Part shown: positions 44,767 to 55,437 of the stretch, one piece after another
Layout: the number at the start of each line of letters is the position of its first letter
Position numbering within the stretch: the first letter of the stretch is position 1
Source: Tepidisphaera sp.
GTDB taxonomy: Bacteria > Planctomycetota > Phycisphaerae > Phycisphaerales > UBA1924
Length of the DNA stretch: 64,000 nucleotides
Reading direction: 5' to 3'
NCBI GenBank assembly: GCA_050916045.1
Contig: CP051526.1
Span: 2,144,001 to 2,208,000 of the forward strand
Made by a program: the position numbers and the translations under genes
The notes under the pieces: generated by a model
Seen by the model: the letters and a program-made list of their open reading frames with translations, nothing else
Databases searched by the model: none
Told to the model about the DNA's origin: nothing

Positions 44767-46947
44767 TTACTTGATCACCCGGGGCTCGACCTTCGGCCAG
44801 CCATCGCCGAACCCAAGGTCGTTCTGCTCGACGGTTCGCCCGCTCACGTACTTGAGATCCTCGAACCCGCTGTCCCGCATGACGTTGGCCCGGATCAGGA
44901 CGAAGAACCGCGTCCGGTCCCGGGTCACGGTGTTGTTCTGGAAGAGGAACCCAAGGAACGGGATCTGCCCGAGCAGCGGCACCCGCGAGGTGTCGTCGGT
45001 GTCGTTCTTGAGCTCGATGCCGCCGACCACGACCGCGTGGCCGTCGGGGATCATCGCGACGCTGCTCACGGTGTTCTGCTGGCGAGCGCCGGGCAGGCCC
45101 TCGGCCGTCGGGTTGCCCGTGAAGGAGCTGAGCTCGACGTTGTAGGTCAGGACGAGGTGGTCGCCCTCGGCGATCTGCGGTTTCACATTGATCCGCGTGC
45201 CTGCGTCCTGGAAGCCGCCGAACCCGCGCGTCGTCGTGCTGGTGGTGTCGGTGCTGATGGTGCCGGTGGGCTGCTGAGCGACGGAACTGAAGGTCGCCTG
45301 CTGGTTGTTGCCGACGAGGATGGAAGGAACGCTCGTCGAGCGACCGTTGTTGATCGACTCGAACGCCCGGATGACGGCGGTGAAGTCCCCGACGTTGATG
45401 TAGCTCGCGGTGAAGCCTGTTCCTGGCGTCACCGGCGGGCCGCCGCCGCTGGCACCGTTAAAGATCGAGCTCAGCCGCACCGCGCCGTCCGCGAGCGAGG
45501 TGATCTTGTCAAGCTCGACCCCGAGCGCCCGGCTCTGGCCGTCGGTCAGGCTGATCATCGCGACCTCGATCATGACCTGGGGTTGCCGAACGTCGAGCGT
45601 GGTGAGAAGCGTCTCGACCTGCGCAAGCACACGCGGCTCAGCGACGACGATGATGGTGTTGGTGCCCTCATCGGCGGTGATCTGCGTCGTGGGCTCGTTC
45701 CGTCGTGTAGTCGAAGAGAGAACCTCGGCGCGACGGGTCGGGGTCTCGGTCCCGGGCAGGAGCCCGCTCGTGTTCTCCGTACTCGTGGTCAGAAGCTCGG
45801 TGAGCACCGAGACGACCTCCTTCACCGGGCGGTTCCGCACCGTGAACGACTTGGCGAGCATCGGAGCCGAGCCCGAAGCCGCGTCGATACGATTGAGCAG
45901 TTCCGAGATCTTGGCGTGCTGCGACGCCGTGGCCGTCACGATGAGCGTGCCGGTGAACTCGTCCGCGATGACTTGGGCAGACGGTCCTTCGGGCTTGGGG
46001 CCCGAACCGATCCCCGCGACCTGCTCGACGAGGTTGACGAGGGATTTGGCATCCGCGTTCTTGGGCGTGTAGTTCCGGGTCTCCATCGCCTGCCGGGTGT
46101 CGAGCTTGGCGATGAGGTCCTTCCAGAACGCGAGGTGCTCTTTGGGAGAGAGGATGAGGACCGCGTTCGCGCCGGGCTGCGGCAGCACGTCGCCGGGTGG
46201 ACGCTGGTTGGCGGCTGGATTCGCGGGCCCGCCCGGCTGGCGGCCCATATCGCGGACGAAGGCGATGATGTCGGAGGGGCTGGCGTTGACGAGCGGGACC
46301 TCGACCAACTCGGTCGGAGCCTGTGGGGTGTCGACCCGGGCGAGGAAGTCGGCCGCTAGCTTGAGACGCGGCACCAGATCCGAAACCAATAAGAGGTCGG
46401 ATTCGCCGACCGCCGTGATGGTCGAGCCGGACTTGGACAGCACAGTTTTGAGCAATTCAGCGACAACCTTGGGTTGCCGGTGCTGCACCTTGAGGAACAC
46501 AGAGGCGTAGCCCGGCTCAAATCCGTGCCACACCAGCTTGTTCCCCTCAAACGGCCCCTCCGGCATCACGAGGTTGGCTGCGTCCATAAGGCGGACGACC
46601 GTAAAGGCTTGCTGTGGCATGTCTTGTCCCGCAATCGGTTTCGTCGCCTGGACAAGCGTGAATCCGCGGCTTGTAAGGGCTGCGTTGACCGCGTTCCAAA
46701 GCTCGGAATCTGGAATGCCCCGATCCCCGGCACCCCTGAGCGTCACCGACCCCTTGAACGCGGCCGGATCATACTCGATGCGGACGCCAAGGCGCGACGC
46801 CGCAAGATCAACGAGCCGCGAGAGTTCTACGTTGCCCGACAGTGCGACGGTTCCTGCAGGTTGGGAAGGCCGGGCCAGGGTCTCGAGATCGGTCACCATC
46901 ATGCTCAAGAGAACAACAAGGCAACAGGCAAGGCGGGGACGCTTCAT
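44767..46947 (-). CDS. gspD: Secretin (GspD family)
   Basis: Signal peptide; repeated N-domains (AD..TNTIIV); LDVRQPQVMIEV; VPLLGQIPFLGFLF. Confidence 0.92.
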   Translation of the reverse strand: MKRPRLACCLVVLLSMMVTDLETLARPSQPAGTVALSGNVELSRLVDLAASRLGVRIEYDPAAFKGSVTLRGAGDRGIPDSELWNAVNAALTSRGFTLVQATKPIAGQDMPQQAFTVVRLMDAANLVMPEGPFEGNKLVWHGFEPGYASVFLKVQHRQPKVVAELLKTVLSKSGSTITAVGESDLLLVSDLVPRLKLAADFLARVDTPQAPTELVEVPLVNASPSDIIAFVRDMGRQPGGPANPAANQRPPGDVLPQPGANAVLILSPKEHLAFWKDLIAKLDTRQAMETRNYTPKNADAKSLVNLVEQVAGIGSGPKPEGPSAQVIADEFTGTLIVTATASQHAKISELLNRIDAASGSAPMLAKSFTVRNRPVKEVVSVLTELLTTSTENTSGLLPGTETPTRRAEVLSSTTRRNEPTTQITADEGTNTIIVVAEPRVLAQVETLLTTLDVRQPQVMIEVAMISLTDGQSRALGVELDKITSLADGAVRLSSIFNGASGGGPPVTPGTGFTASYINVGDFTAVIRAFESINNGRSTSVPSILVGNNQQATFSSVAQQPTGTISTDTTSTTTRGFGGFQDAGTRINVKPQIAEGDHLVLTYNVELSSFTGNPTAEGLPGARQQNTVSSVAMIPDGHAVVVGGIELKNDTDDTSRVPLLGQIPFLGFLFQNNTVTRDRTRFFVLIRANVMRDSGFEDLKYVSGRTVEQNDLGFGDGWPKVEPRVIK

Positions 46948-47160
46948 AGGGAGCGAAGCATACCACGCGAGGGATCGCGGGGGAGAGTCCGGAGATTCTC
47001 GCAATGGAAACCTGTCGAAACGACAATCGTTCGGGACCACAGCGGAAATGGACCCTCAACCAGTTTTTTGTTCACTTTGCGAAACCGCAGCACTTGGCTC
47101 CACGCATTTCGGGTATCCTACCCGCCCTTGCCGCTGTCTGCGGCAATTCGGAGAATGGCG

Positions 47161-50100
47161 ATGAGCGTCAGACTTGTTCTTGCGTCAGCTCTGTCACTTA
47201 GTGTTTTCGCGCCTCGGCTCCTGGCGCAGACTGAGCCGACTCGAAGCCAAATCCCAGTGGTACCGATCAGCACGCCGTGCAGTACCTCCGATTTCAGATT
47301 GTGGGGCGGTTGGTTTTCCGAGCATCAGCCGGCTCACGCGAACCCCCACCAAGGTCCCGTCCATCCGTCTCCGCCCTATGCGGATGGAGACTTGGGGTTT
47401 TATCAGCAAGTCCATCCGAGTTGGGCGATCAGCCAAGGCACCTTTGCTCCTCGCTACGCTGACTTTCGACGCGGCTCCTATCCAATGGTCCCTGCTGAAG
47501 AAATGGGCGGTGGCACGACGCCGCGGTTTGAGCGAGCTCTCGCCGGGGGGATCGTCGATCTTGTGACAGGTAAGCCTCTCATCCAGGAAGAGGACTTCGC
47601 TCTTCCCTTCGGCGGCGCAGAGTTCAGACACCTCCGCACCAGCACGGTTCGACACTACGCAAACGAGAATAACTACCTCTCGGCGATGCTCGACAAGGAA
47701 TCCACCGAGTGGCTGGATTGGCACGGCTATTCGTGGATGATGAGCGAGAGCCCGGTGCTCCTCGTTGACCTGGCATTCGGCGATGTTCAGTTCGACCGCG
47801 GCCGCCGCTGCTACTTTGTCCCGGACGCGTTTCACGCAATCCCCTTCGACTTTGACACCGACAACGGACAATACACCGCACCGCCAAGATTTCGCGCGGG
47901 ACTTACCTACAGGGATGGATATACCTGGGTCTCCGAGGATCCGGGCTTGAACCCCAATGGCGGCTCATGGAGCTTCAATGGCTCCCCGACGCCCGGCGGG
48001 CACGGTCCGGACGAGTTCTACCTCCATCTCGATGGAGGCGCTCTCACGTACACCTTCAAGGTCGTGTTCAATTCGACGCCGCAGTATGCTGCCGATGGCT
48101 CGCTCCTCAACAGCCACGAGCAACCGACGACGGTGCTTGGGAGCTGGAATCCTGCCACAGCGCCCACGTCGGTCGCCGACCCCAGCATCTCGGGCTTCGG
48201 CGTTCCTCGGATTGCATTGCTCAAACAGATTGAGGACCGACGCGGCAATCGGGTCGAAATAGACCACGTGGAGGTTGAGCAATTCTCCGGCCCAGAGTTC
48301 GACGCCGACGATCCCACGACATTTCCGGCGGTTCAGGGGTGTTTCCAGAACACCAACGCCCTCGGGCAGATTTCCCGCGTTCGACTGACGATTCCCAACG
48401 GCGAGTCACGTCAGACTGCATGGACCCTCTTCTACATCTATAGAGCCTTCGACGACTGCTTCCTCAAGGAGTACGGGGGCCTCGTCAGGAGGTTCGGTCA
48501 GCTTCGCAAGCCGGTGCTTGTCGATTCCATCGTCGCGTACGAGGGTGAACCCGCGGGCACGCCCGCGTGGGCGAACGGCTTCACGATTCCGCCGGGGAAC
48601 TTCGAAGAGGATGAAGGAAGCTTTACGGCGATGCGCGCCGTGCATGACATGAATGTGCTTCAATTCAGCTCGCCGGAGGTGAGCTGGGAGTTCCCGGCGA
48701 CGTGGAGCGTGCACTCTCGTTATCTTTACTCAGAACCGTACAGCGTAGCGCAAGGCTCGCCCACGCAGTGCTACACGCCCATGACGGGCTTCACGAGCGC
48801 GTCAGTCAAATCGGACATTGAGCCCTACTTGCTGATGCGGACAGTGCGCTCGCAAACCTTCGTGGGAACATCGTCCGTCGTTACTTCGGACCACCGGGTC
48901 TACAAATACACCGATCCGCAATGGGAAGGCGTGTCAATTTCGCCGTCACCGACCGGGTACGATCCGTACCCAAGCCAGCAACTGAGCTACGTCTTTGCCA
49001 ATGATACCATTGAGTCCATCATTGACCGACCGTTCACAGGGTTTGACATCCCCGACGACAAACTCAAGCCCTCTGATCTCATCGGCCTTTCCACGCCGAC
49101 AGAAATCTCGGTGATCCAGCAGGCTGAGGAGGATCCGGAACTGATCGCTCTCGGTGATCTTGCGGACCTTCGTCTTTTCCGGATGCACCAGGACACACTG
49201 CCTCAGCAGCTGAATAGCCAAGCAGTGATGTCGAACGCGTTTCGACATGATCCGTATACGGGACAACTCGTGGACGCCATCGGGTCGACGACCGATATCT
49301 CTGGCAACCGTCTCTTCGCGGGCAATGAGCACTTCGTCGAACTACTTGTGCTTGCGCAGGGGGCGTTCGGGGAACACGCATTCAGCGTCTACCCGTTTGC
49401 GGTCATTCCTGCGCATGTGGCCTCGCCGACCATTTCTGCTGGTGCCTATTGCGCGGATCATCACGAAGAGGTTGTCGGCTCCATCTGGCCCATGTCTTGG
49501 CACTACTTGGGACGTGGGATGTTCCACGATCCCTTCCTGTACGGCATCACATGGCAAAGCACCGGAGTTGAGGAGAGCTACACGCAGGTGCAGGCCGATT
49601 GGTCCGCTGACGCGTGGATTCATGTTGTCGAGGAATATCCCTCGGCCAAGGCGGGACTCGCGCTGTGGCCGACCAACGGCGAGGGCACGCCGCTGCCGGC
49701 GCTGCCTCGCGCAAAGGTGGTAACGGAAGGCGGTACAACTCGTATCACGAGCAACAGGCCCGTAACTCGGCGATATGTCTCGTCGGTTAACGCGGCCGGC
49801 CACATGCTCCGCGAGAAGGAATGGACGTTTGATGACGCCGGGCGAATCCAGCCCGGCGAAGAGAACGGGATCGGCGGCTCTCTAGGCTACGACGACGACC
49901 GGCGCGTGATCTGGCGGCAGGCCCCATCAGCTCTCACAGAATCTGAGCGGGACACCGCGTCGCTGGTCGAAATGTTCGAGTATGGCCCAGATGATGTCAA
50001 CGGGAAGCCATCCCAGCAGGTGGTCCGCACCAGCATCAAGTGGGGCAAGACCGGAACACCCTACGCCGTGAAGAGCTTCGAGCACCACGGCAGCCGCCCG

Positions 50101-53100
50101 GAGCTGGTGATCGCGGAGATCCAGCATGGCGACGGCACCACCGAAATTCGAACCGACACCTACTACGAGTTCGACACGGAGGGGTGGCCGACCGTCGACA
50201 GTAAGATTCGCCGCACCACGGTGGCACGGCCGGCCGTTTTCAGGGACAGTTCGGGCACGCAGTACCGTCCGGTTGTGCGAGAAGAATTCGACGACTCGGG
50301 AAGGGTGGTTTGGCGCGGCCAGGGTCTGATGAAGGTCACTGGGCCTACAGATGAGCATTGGAAAGAACCCGCCGACGCCGACGACTTCTTCACCGTAGAC
50401 CACTTTCAGTACGACGTTCAGGGCCGCATTCTGGTCCACGTGTTTGACGTGAATACCGCTTCACCCGCATCAGCGCTTATCCAGGGGAGCGGCCCGGCGG
50501 CGACTGTCGGGACGGTCCCCGCGGCCTTCGTGCGGCAGGACGCTGACAATCCCACGGCCGCTCACGAGTGCGTCAAGTACGAATACGGCAACCTCGGCCT
50601 CGAAAGGACGCATTACCCCAACGGGAAGTCGACGGTCGTCACCTATGCCCAGCAGGATGGCGACCTCATCGAAAGCACGTATCCCAACGTGAACGTGAGC
50701 GGCACGGGAGATCTCTACGCTGGGGCGACCGCAGGGTCCGCTCGTGTCTATCGCAATTCCCGGATCGTGCAGGAAGACCGCCTCGTCTGGCAGCCCAATG
50801 CCTCGAGTTCCGACTTGGCGAATCTCACCTCGATCAACATGGCCAGGTTCACCCCAACCTACGACGCTGCCGGACGACTGGCGACGCTGGATCTGGCCGA
50901 CCAGAAATCCGGCGAGCAAATCAGGAAGCGTCAGCGCGTGGACCAATTCGGCGAGCTCACGCGCGAGGAATCGGTCGAAGGGCTTGTAACGCGAACCGAG
51001 CGCGACTATCGAGGGCGGGTGTGGCGCGTGTTCCGGGGCACTGAGGATGGCGACAAGTACTGGTACGGCACGCCAACAGATCAGGGGCCGGACAACATGC
51101 TTCTGGTCGAGAAGCGTGCCTACGGCGTCGAGAACCCGAAGGACTGCTTGAAGGTCACCCAAGTCAGGCGGTATCTCGATCGGCTTCCTCTTGCGGGCGT
51201 TGCACAACTGCAGTACGACAGATGGAACGATGATCAAGACCTCTATGGGCAGGTCGAGACCACAGAGTATGACTGGCGTTCCCGGCCAGTGCGCACGATC
51301 AAGTCCAACTGCGCTCCGGACCCTGTGACAGGTCTTCCGGTTCTCACGCCACTCTCCTATACCGACCGGTTCATTGACATGCTGGGTCGCGAGCGGTTCG
51401 TTGCCACCTATGGCGCAACGCCTTCGGCTCTAAATCCGGCCGAGTTGCCCGACGCAGATTCAACCCCGTCCGCCGTGGACATCCTCACCGCGGCGCCTTC
51501 GAGCATCATCGGACTCACCGAGAACCTCTACGATGACGCGGGGAACATCGTCGAGCTCCGCACTTACGCGGTCAAAACGGCGGCAGGCACGATCGACACT
51601 TCCGGCACAAACTACCTGTCCTCCAAAACCTATCGCGATGGCGCGGGGCGTGTACTGATGACGGTGTCATCGGGAGGGGTGATCACCAAGCACCGCTACG
51701 ACTCGAAGGGACGCGAGATCGACGCCCGGACGCTCGTGGGTGGAATCGAAACATCACGCACAATCTCGACGTACGACAACGATGGACGGGTGATTAAGTC
51801 AGAGCGGCGAGACAGGATGCACAATGCGTCGGTGACGACGCTCGACGACTCGACGACGCCGCAGTACATCTCCACCTATGCGATGAACTGGTACGACGAA
51901 TCTTCGGGTCGTCTCTTGGCGACGGCCGACCTGGGCACGGCATCCACCACCGATGTCTTCGCTCCCAACGCGTCTAGTGCGGTGACAATTCCCGCGGCTC
52001 AGCTCATCGTGGATGCCATTCCCAATCCCTACCTCGCGACACCGGAAAGCACCTCGCAATGGCGGTTGAAATCTCCCGCCCGTGGGGAGGGTGCGAGCTT
52101 CAGCCCCGCGCTTCCCGCCGGCGCGATGGTCACCCGCTACGAGTACGACAAAGGCGGACGCCAATACCGCGTCATCGACGCGCAGACCGGCCGGGTGACC
52201 GAGCAGATGTTCGACGGCTTCGGACAGGTCGTCTGCAAGCTCGAATATCCAGAAACCGACCTCGTGGCAAGCCCCACTCCGGATGGTTCGGTTCCCCGGC
52301 GTCTGACGTTCTACCGGTACGCCAAGGGGAAGCTGACCGGCATTGCGAGCGTAACCCCCGCGACGCCCGCTCTCCCCATGATTCAGCCCGCCGATGTCGG
52401 TATGGATGATCGCTGGGATGATGTGTCGAAGCCTTTCCTCGTCGACCCGCTCGCCCCGGTGGCGCAGTGGGCTGACATTCAGATCACAACACTTCTGGCG
52501 AAAGCCGATGTGGTGGACACCTCGGGGAACGTCATTACAGAGGATCCCACGCTTGTCGGCTCCCTTCGCATGCCCTACGGGGACGGCGAAACCCCCAAGT
52601 TCCTCTCCTTCACCTACCAGAGCGATGGCAAACTTGCCTCGCGCAAGGATCAGAGGGATGTTGAGTTCACCTATTCCTACGACGGACTTGACCGCATTCG
52701 TCTACTCGACGTCAGTTACCCTTGGGAGCCAAGCCCGGTTGGCACCCTACCGCCCGACCGTGTCGGACGCATCGAGTATGAGTACGACGCAGCAACGCTA
52801 CGGCTGAAGTCCCTGATTGCCAAGACCAAGCAGGATCCGTCCAGCCCGGGTGACCCTCCGTCATACGTGGTGGCTGGCACGGCTTTCGCATACGACGGCC
52901 GCGGAAACCTCACCCGCGACTACCAGGAGATCGGAGCGGCCGCGAGCACTACCGGCACACTGTCTCCGTATACGCAGTATCTGTGGACCTATGCGACCGC
53001 CCACTCAGGCGGTGCGAACTTCTCGCGGCTGGAACTCATCACGTATCCGAAACGTCCCGGCTCAGTAGCCGGAGGTCGGCGCGTGCAGATGGAGTACGGC

Positions 53101-55437
53101 GCAAACTCAAGCGCGATCGAGTATCGGACGGGCCAGATCACACGGCAGCTCACCTCCCCCCACACAACGACGGGCACACTTGCCGAGATTTCGGCGTTCA
53201 AGCGGACGGGTTCCGGCCTCCGCGTGGAAACCGTCCTCGCCCAGTACGCCTCCGCGCAACGCTTCTTCACCGTCGGCGGTTCCTACGCGGACGGCTATCC
53301 CGGCCTGGATCGTCAAGGCCGACCTAAGAGCCTGAACTTCCGAAACACGAACACCGCCGCCGCGGTGCAGTACAAAGCGGACTACCAGTATTCCGCGGCC
53401 GGCGAACGCATCGCCGCCCGCGTCACTCAGGCCACGCTCAACACCATCGCGCACGACAACGATCGCTCGTGGGCGCTGCGGTACGACGTTCTCGGCCAGA
53501 TGATCGGCGCTGACACGGGCGAGCTCTCGGCAACACTGCCCGAGATCGAGCTCGCGAGCGTCACCACTTCGCCGCGACTGGCTTCGTGGAACATGGACCC
53601 CCGTGGAAACTGGACCGGGAACTCAGCCAACGCCTTCGGCAAGGTGGTCCAATTGGACCTCACGCCGATCCCAGGGCTTGAAACACTCTCGGCGGATCAT
53701 GCTATTGACGCACAGAACAAAATTCTGACCGAAACCCATCGCGACAACTCATCCGGCACCACCGTCACCACCGCGCGAGACTTCATCTACGACGCCGCGG
53801 GAAATCTCGTCGCCGATGAACGGTTCTGGTATCAGTACGACGGATGGGGACGGTTGGTCCAGGTCGATCTCATCGGCACCCTTGGCGAGTTCTCCGCTGC
53901 AGGGAGGCCGACAACCGGTGAATCGGGCGGGTGGCTGACCCACTACACCTACGACGGCCTTGGTCGTCTGGTCCGCCGTCAGTCGGCGGCAACGCCCGGT
54001 CCGACGAACACCAACCTCCGCACGGAACGCTACTACCACGACGGTGTTCGTCGCATTCAGGAGATCTTCATCGATCCCATCGCGGCGACCGGCGGGAGTG
54101 GAGGCGGCGCGAACTCGGGCGTTATCGAGAATGGCCTCGCGAATCAGACAGCTCCGTACTGCAACCGCGAGTACATCTGGGGTCCGGGTGATGTCCACGG
54201 CTTGGATGAGATCGTCGCCCAGATCGATCGCTTCAGCGTCACATGGGCCACACTTCAGGATGCAAGCGGCGATGTGGTCGCTCTCGTCAAGCCGATCTCG
54301 GTATCTTCCGGCGGAACGGTTGGTGTGCAGTATGCATGGTCGCCGGCGGGCGAGTTGATGGCGATGGATGTCAATGCTTCGGTAAGCAACGTACCCGAGA
54401 ACCGCTTGGGCCACCGCGCCCTGTTTTACGACCGCTTTGAATCCACGCCGACGGGTCCTCCGCTCGTCGCGGATCCCACTTCCCAAGTCGAGCGCGGGTT
54501 CTTCCACGCTCGCAATCGAGTCTATTCGCCGTGGACGGGGCGATTCCTGCAGCGGGATCCCAACGCAAGCGGCTTGCTCGTGCTCTCCGACGCGGCCCAC
54601 TTGGGTGCGCTCATAGGAACGGACGTGGGCGACGTGTCGCTAGCACGTATGTTCACAGACGGCCCAAGCCTCTACGGGTACGTTCGTGGGAATCCGCTGT
54701 TGGGGCCGGGGGATCCCCTGGGTTTGTTCATTGAGCTTCTCGGCCCGACCAACCTCACCGAATTCGAAGTGGATGAGGCCCAGCGGGTGATGGAAGCAGG
54801 CGAAGACGCTAGGCAAGCGGTCCGCGCCATTGCGGGAGGGTACGCCCAAGCGATGGCGGAAATGCTGGAGGATGTCACTGATTTCAGCGCTTCAGACGAT
54901 ATCTTCCGCGGAGGCGAGGACGGAGAGGACGAAGAGATAGACGAAGCGTCCGTGGAGGGTGGCTCATCGGGCTATTACGACTCTCAGAAGCAGTGGCGAG
55001 GACCCATGGCTGGGATTGCCGGAGCGTCCGGCAGCGAGACCGTGGCGAAAAGAGTTGGGGCTGGCGCAGCGAAAAGAACCATTGGAGCAAACGCGAATCG
55101 GGGTCTGCGTGGAGAGGCGATGGCCCGAAAGCTCTTCGGAGGTTCCAAGCCTGGAGGCATCACCATCAACGGCACAACACGCTTCTACGACAATTTTAGC
55201 AAGGCAAAGAAGTTCCAGGAAGTCAAGGTGGGCCGGCGCGACCTAACCGGTCGTACAGGCGTTCAGGCAAAACTTGACGTACAGTTTGCCTCTCCTACTA
55301 AGCCGGTGCAATGGGTTTTCTTCACCAGCCGACGTACAGGCTTGGGGGGTCCGACGAAGAGACTTCGAAAGGAGCTTGAGAAGAACCCAAATATTACGAT
55401 TATCTTCCGCACCGGAAAGAAGACCGCGAGGCAATGA
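47161..55437 (+). CDS. Rhs/YD-repeat polymorphic toxin with Sec-type signal peptide and C-terminal PD-(D/E)XK-like nuclease tip
   Basis: GGAGA RBS; MSVRLVLASALSLSVFAPRLLA|Q; DUF6531-like VDLVTG..IQEEDF.LP; many YD..G repeats; core RVYSPWTGRFLQRDP...LYGYVRGNP...DPLGL; basic tip RFYD...QEVK...Q..LD. Confidence 0.9.
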   Translation: MSVRLVLASALSLSVFAPRLLAQTEPTRSQIPVVPISTPCSTSDFRLWGGWFSEHQPAHANPHQGPVHPSPPYADGDLGFYQQVHPSWAISQGTFAPRYADFRRGSYPMVPAEEMGGGTTPRFERALAGGIVDLVTGKPLIQEEDFALPFGGAEFRHLRTSTVRHYANENNYLSAMLDKESTEWLDWHGYSWMMSESPVLLVDLAFGDVQFDRGRRCYFVPDAFHAIPFDFDTDNGQYTAPPRFRAGLTYRDGYTWVSEDPGLNPNGGSWSFNGSPTPGGHGPDEFYLHLDGGALTYTFKVVFNSTPQYAADGSLLNSHEQPTTVLGSWNPATAPTSVADPSISGFGVPRIALLKQIEDRRGNRVEIDHVEVEQFSGPEFDADDPTTFPAVQGCFQNTNALGQISRVRLTIPNGESRQTAWTLFYIYRAFDDCFLKEYGGLVRRFGQLRKPVLVDSIVAYEGEPAGTPAWANGFTIPPGNFEEDEGSFTAMRAVHDMNVLQFSSPEVSWEFPATWSVHSRYLYSEPYSVAQGSPTQCYTPMTGFTSASVKSDIEPYLLMRTVRSQTFVGTSSVVTSDHRVYKYTDPQWEGVSISPSPTGYDPYPSQQLSYVFANDTIESIIDRPFTGFDIPDDKLKPSDLIGLSTPTEISVIQQAEEDPELIALGDLADLRLFRMHQDTLPQQLNSQAVMSNAFRHDPYTGQLVDAIGSTTDISGNRLFAGNEHFVELLVLAQGAFGEHAFSVYPFAVIPAHVASPTISAGAYCADHHEEVVGSIWPMSWHYLGRGMFHDPFLYGITWQSTGVEESYTQVQADWSADAWIHVVEEYPSAKAGLALWPTNGEGTPLPALPRAKVVTEGGTTRITSNRPVTRRYVSSVNAAGHMLREKEWTFDDAGRIQPGEENGIGGSLGYDDDRRVIWRQAPSALTESERDTASLVEMFEYGPDDVNGKPSQQVVRTSIKWGKTGTPYAVKSFEHHGSRPELVIAEIQHGDGTTEIRTDTYYEFDTEGWPTVDSKIRRTTVARPAVFRDSSGTQYRPVVREEFDDSGRVVWRGQGLMKVTGPTDEHWKEPADADDFFTVDHFQYDVQGRILVHVFDVNTASPASALIQGSGPAATVGTVPAAFVRQDADNPTAAHECVKYEYGNLGLERTHYPNGKSTVVTYAQQDGDLIESTYPNVNVSGTGDLYAGATAGSARVYRNSRIVQEDRLVWQPNASSSDLANLTSINMARFTPTYDAAGRLATLDLADQKSGEQIRKRQRVDQFGELTREESVEGLVTRTERDYRGRVWRVFRGTEDGDKYWYGTPTDQGPDNMLLVEKRAYGVENPKDCLKVTQVRRYLDRLPLAGVAQLQYDRWNDDQDLYGQVETTEYDWRSRPVRTIKSNCAPDPVTGLPVLTPLSYTDRFIDMLGRERFVATYGATPSALNPAELPDADSTPSAVDILTAAPSSIIGLTENLYDDAGNIVELRTYAVKTAAGTIDTSGTNYLSSKTYRDGAGRVLMTVSSGGVITKHRYDSKGREIDARTLVGGIETSRTISTYDNDGRVIKSERRDRMHNASVTTLDDSTTPQYISTYAMNWYDESSGRLLATADLGTASTTDVFAPNASSAVTIPAAQLIVDAIPNPYLATPESTSQWRLKSPARGEGASFSPALPAGAMVTRYEYDKGGRQYRVIDAQTGRVTEQMFDGFGQVVCKLEYPETDLVASPTPDGSVPRRLTFYRYAKGKLTGIASVTPATPALPMIQPADVGMDDRWDDVSKPFLVDPLAPVAQWADIQITTLLAKADVVDTSGNVITEDPTLVGSLRMPYGDGETPKFLSFTYQSDGKLASRKDQRDVEFTYSYDGLDRIRLLDVSYPWEPSPVGTLPPDRVGRIEYEYDAATLRLKSLIAKTKQDPSSPGDPPSYVVAGTAFAYDGRGNLTRDYQEIGAAASTTGTLSPYTQYLWTYATAHSGGANFSRLELITYPKRPGSVAGGRRVQMEYGANSSAIEYRTGQITRQLTSPHTTTGTLAEISAFKRTGSGLRVETVLAQYASAQRFFTVGGSYADGYPGLDRQGRPKSLNFRNTNTAAAVQYKADYQYSAAGERIAARVTQATLNTIAHDNDRSWALRYDVLGQMIGADTGELSATLPEIELASVTTSPRLASWNMDPRGNWTGNSANAFGKVVQLDLTPIPGLETLSADHAIDAQNKILTETHRDNSSGTTVTTARDFIYDAAGNLVADERFWYQYDGWGRLVQVDLIGTLGEFSAAGRPTTGESGGWLTHYTYDGLGRLVRRQSAATPGPTNTNLRTERYYHDGVRRIQEIFIDPIAATGGSGGGANSGVIENGLANQTAPYCNREYIWGPGDVHGLDEIVAQIDRFSVTWATLQDASGDVVALVKPISVSSGGTVGVQYAWSPAGELMAMDVNASVSNVPENRLGHRALFYDRFESTPTGPPLVADPTSQVERGFFHARNRVYSPWTGRFLQRDPNASGLLVLSDAAHLGALIGTDVGDVSLARMFTDGPSLYGYVRGNPLLGPGDPLGLFIELLGPTNLTEFEVDEAQRVMEAGEDARQAVRAIAGGYAQAMAEMLEDVTDFSASDDIFRGGEDGEDEEIDEASVEGGSSGYYDSQKQWRGPMAGIAGASGSETVAKRVGAGAAKRTIGANANRGLRGEAMARKLFGGSKPGGITINGTTRFYDNFSKAKKFQEVKVGRRDLTGRTGVQAKLDVQFASPTKPVQWVFFTSRRTGLGGPTKRLRKELEKNPNITIIFRTGKKTARQ

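Noticed and set aside
43192..46359. 1055-aa plus-strand ORF
   Set aside because: Antisense shadow of gspE and gspD, typical of high-GC DNA; Arg/Gly/Ala-rich with no motifs.
46474..47160. N-terminal extension of the Rhs ORF to 2987 aa
   Set aside because: It overlaps the secretin gene on the opposite strand; the RBS and signal peptide point to a start at 47161 (or 47155).
47161..55437. Type VI secretion effector assignment for the Rhs
   Set aside because: No PAAR or VgrG domain and no EagR chaperone or tss genes nearby; the N-terminus looks like a Sec signal peptide.
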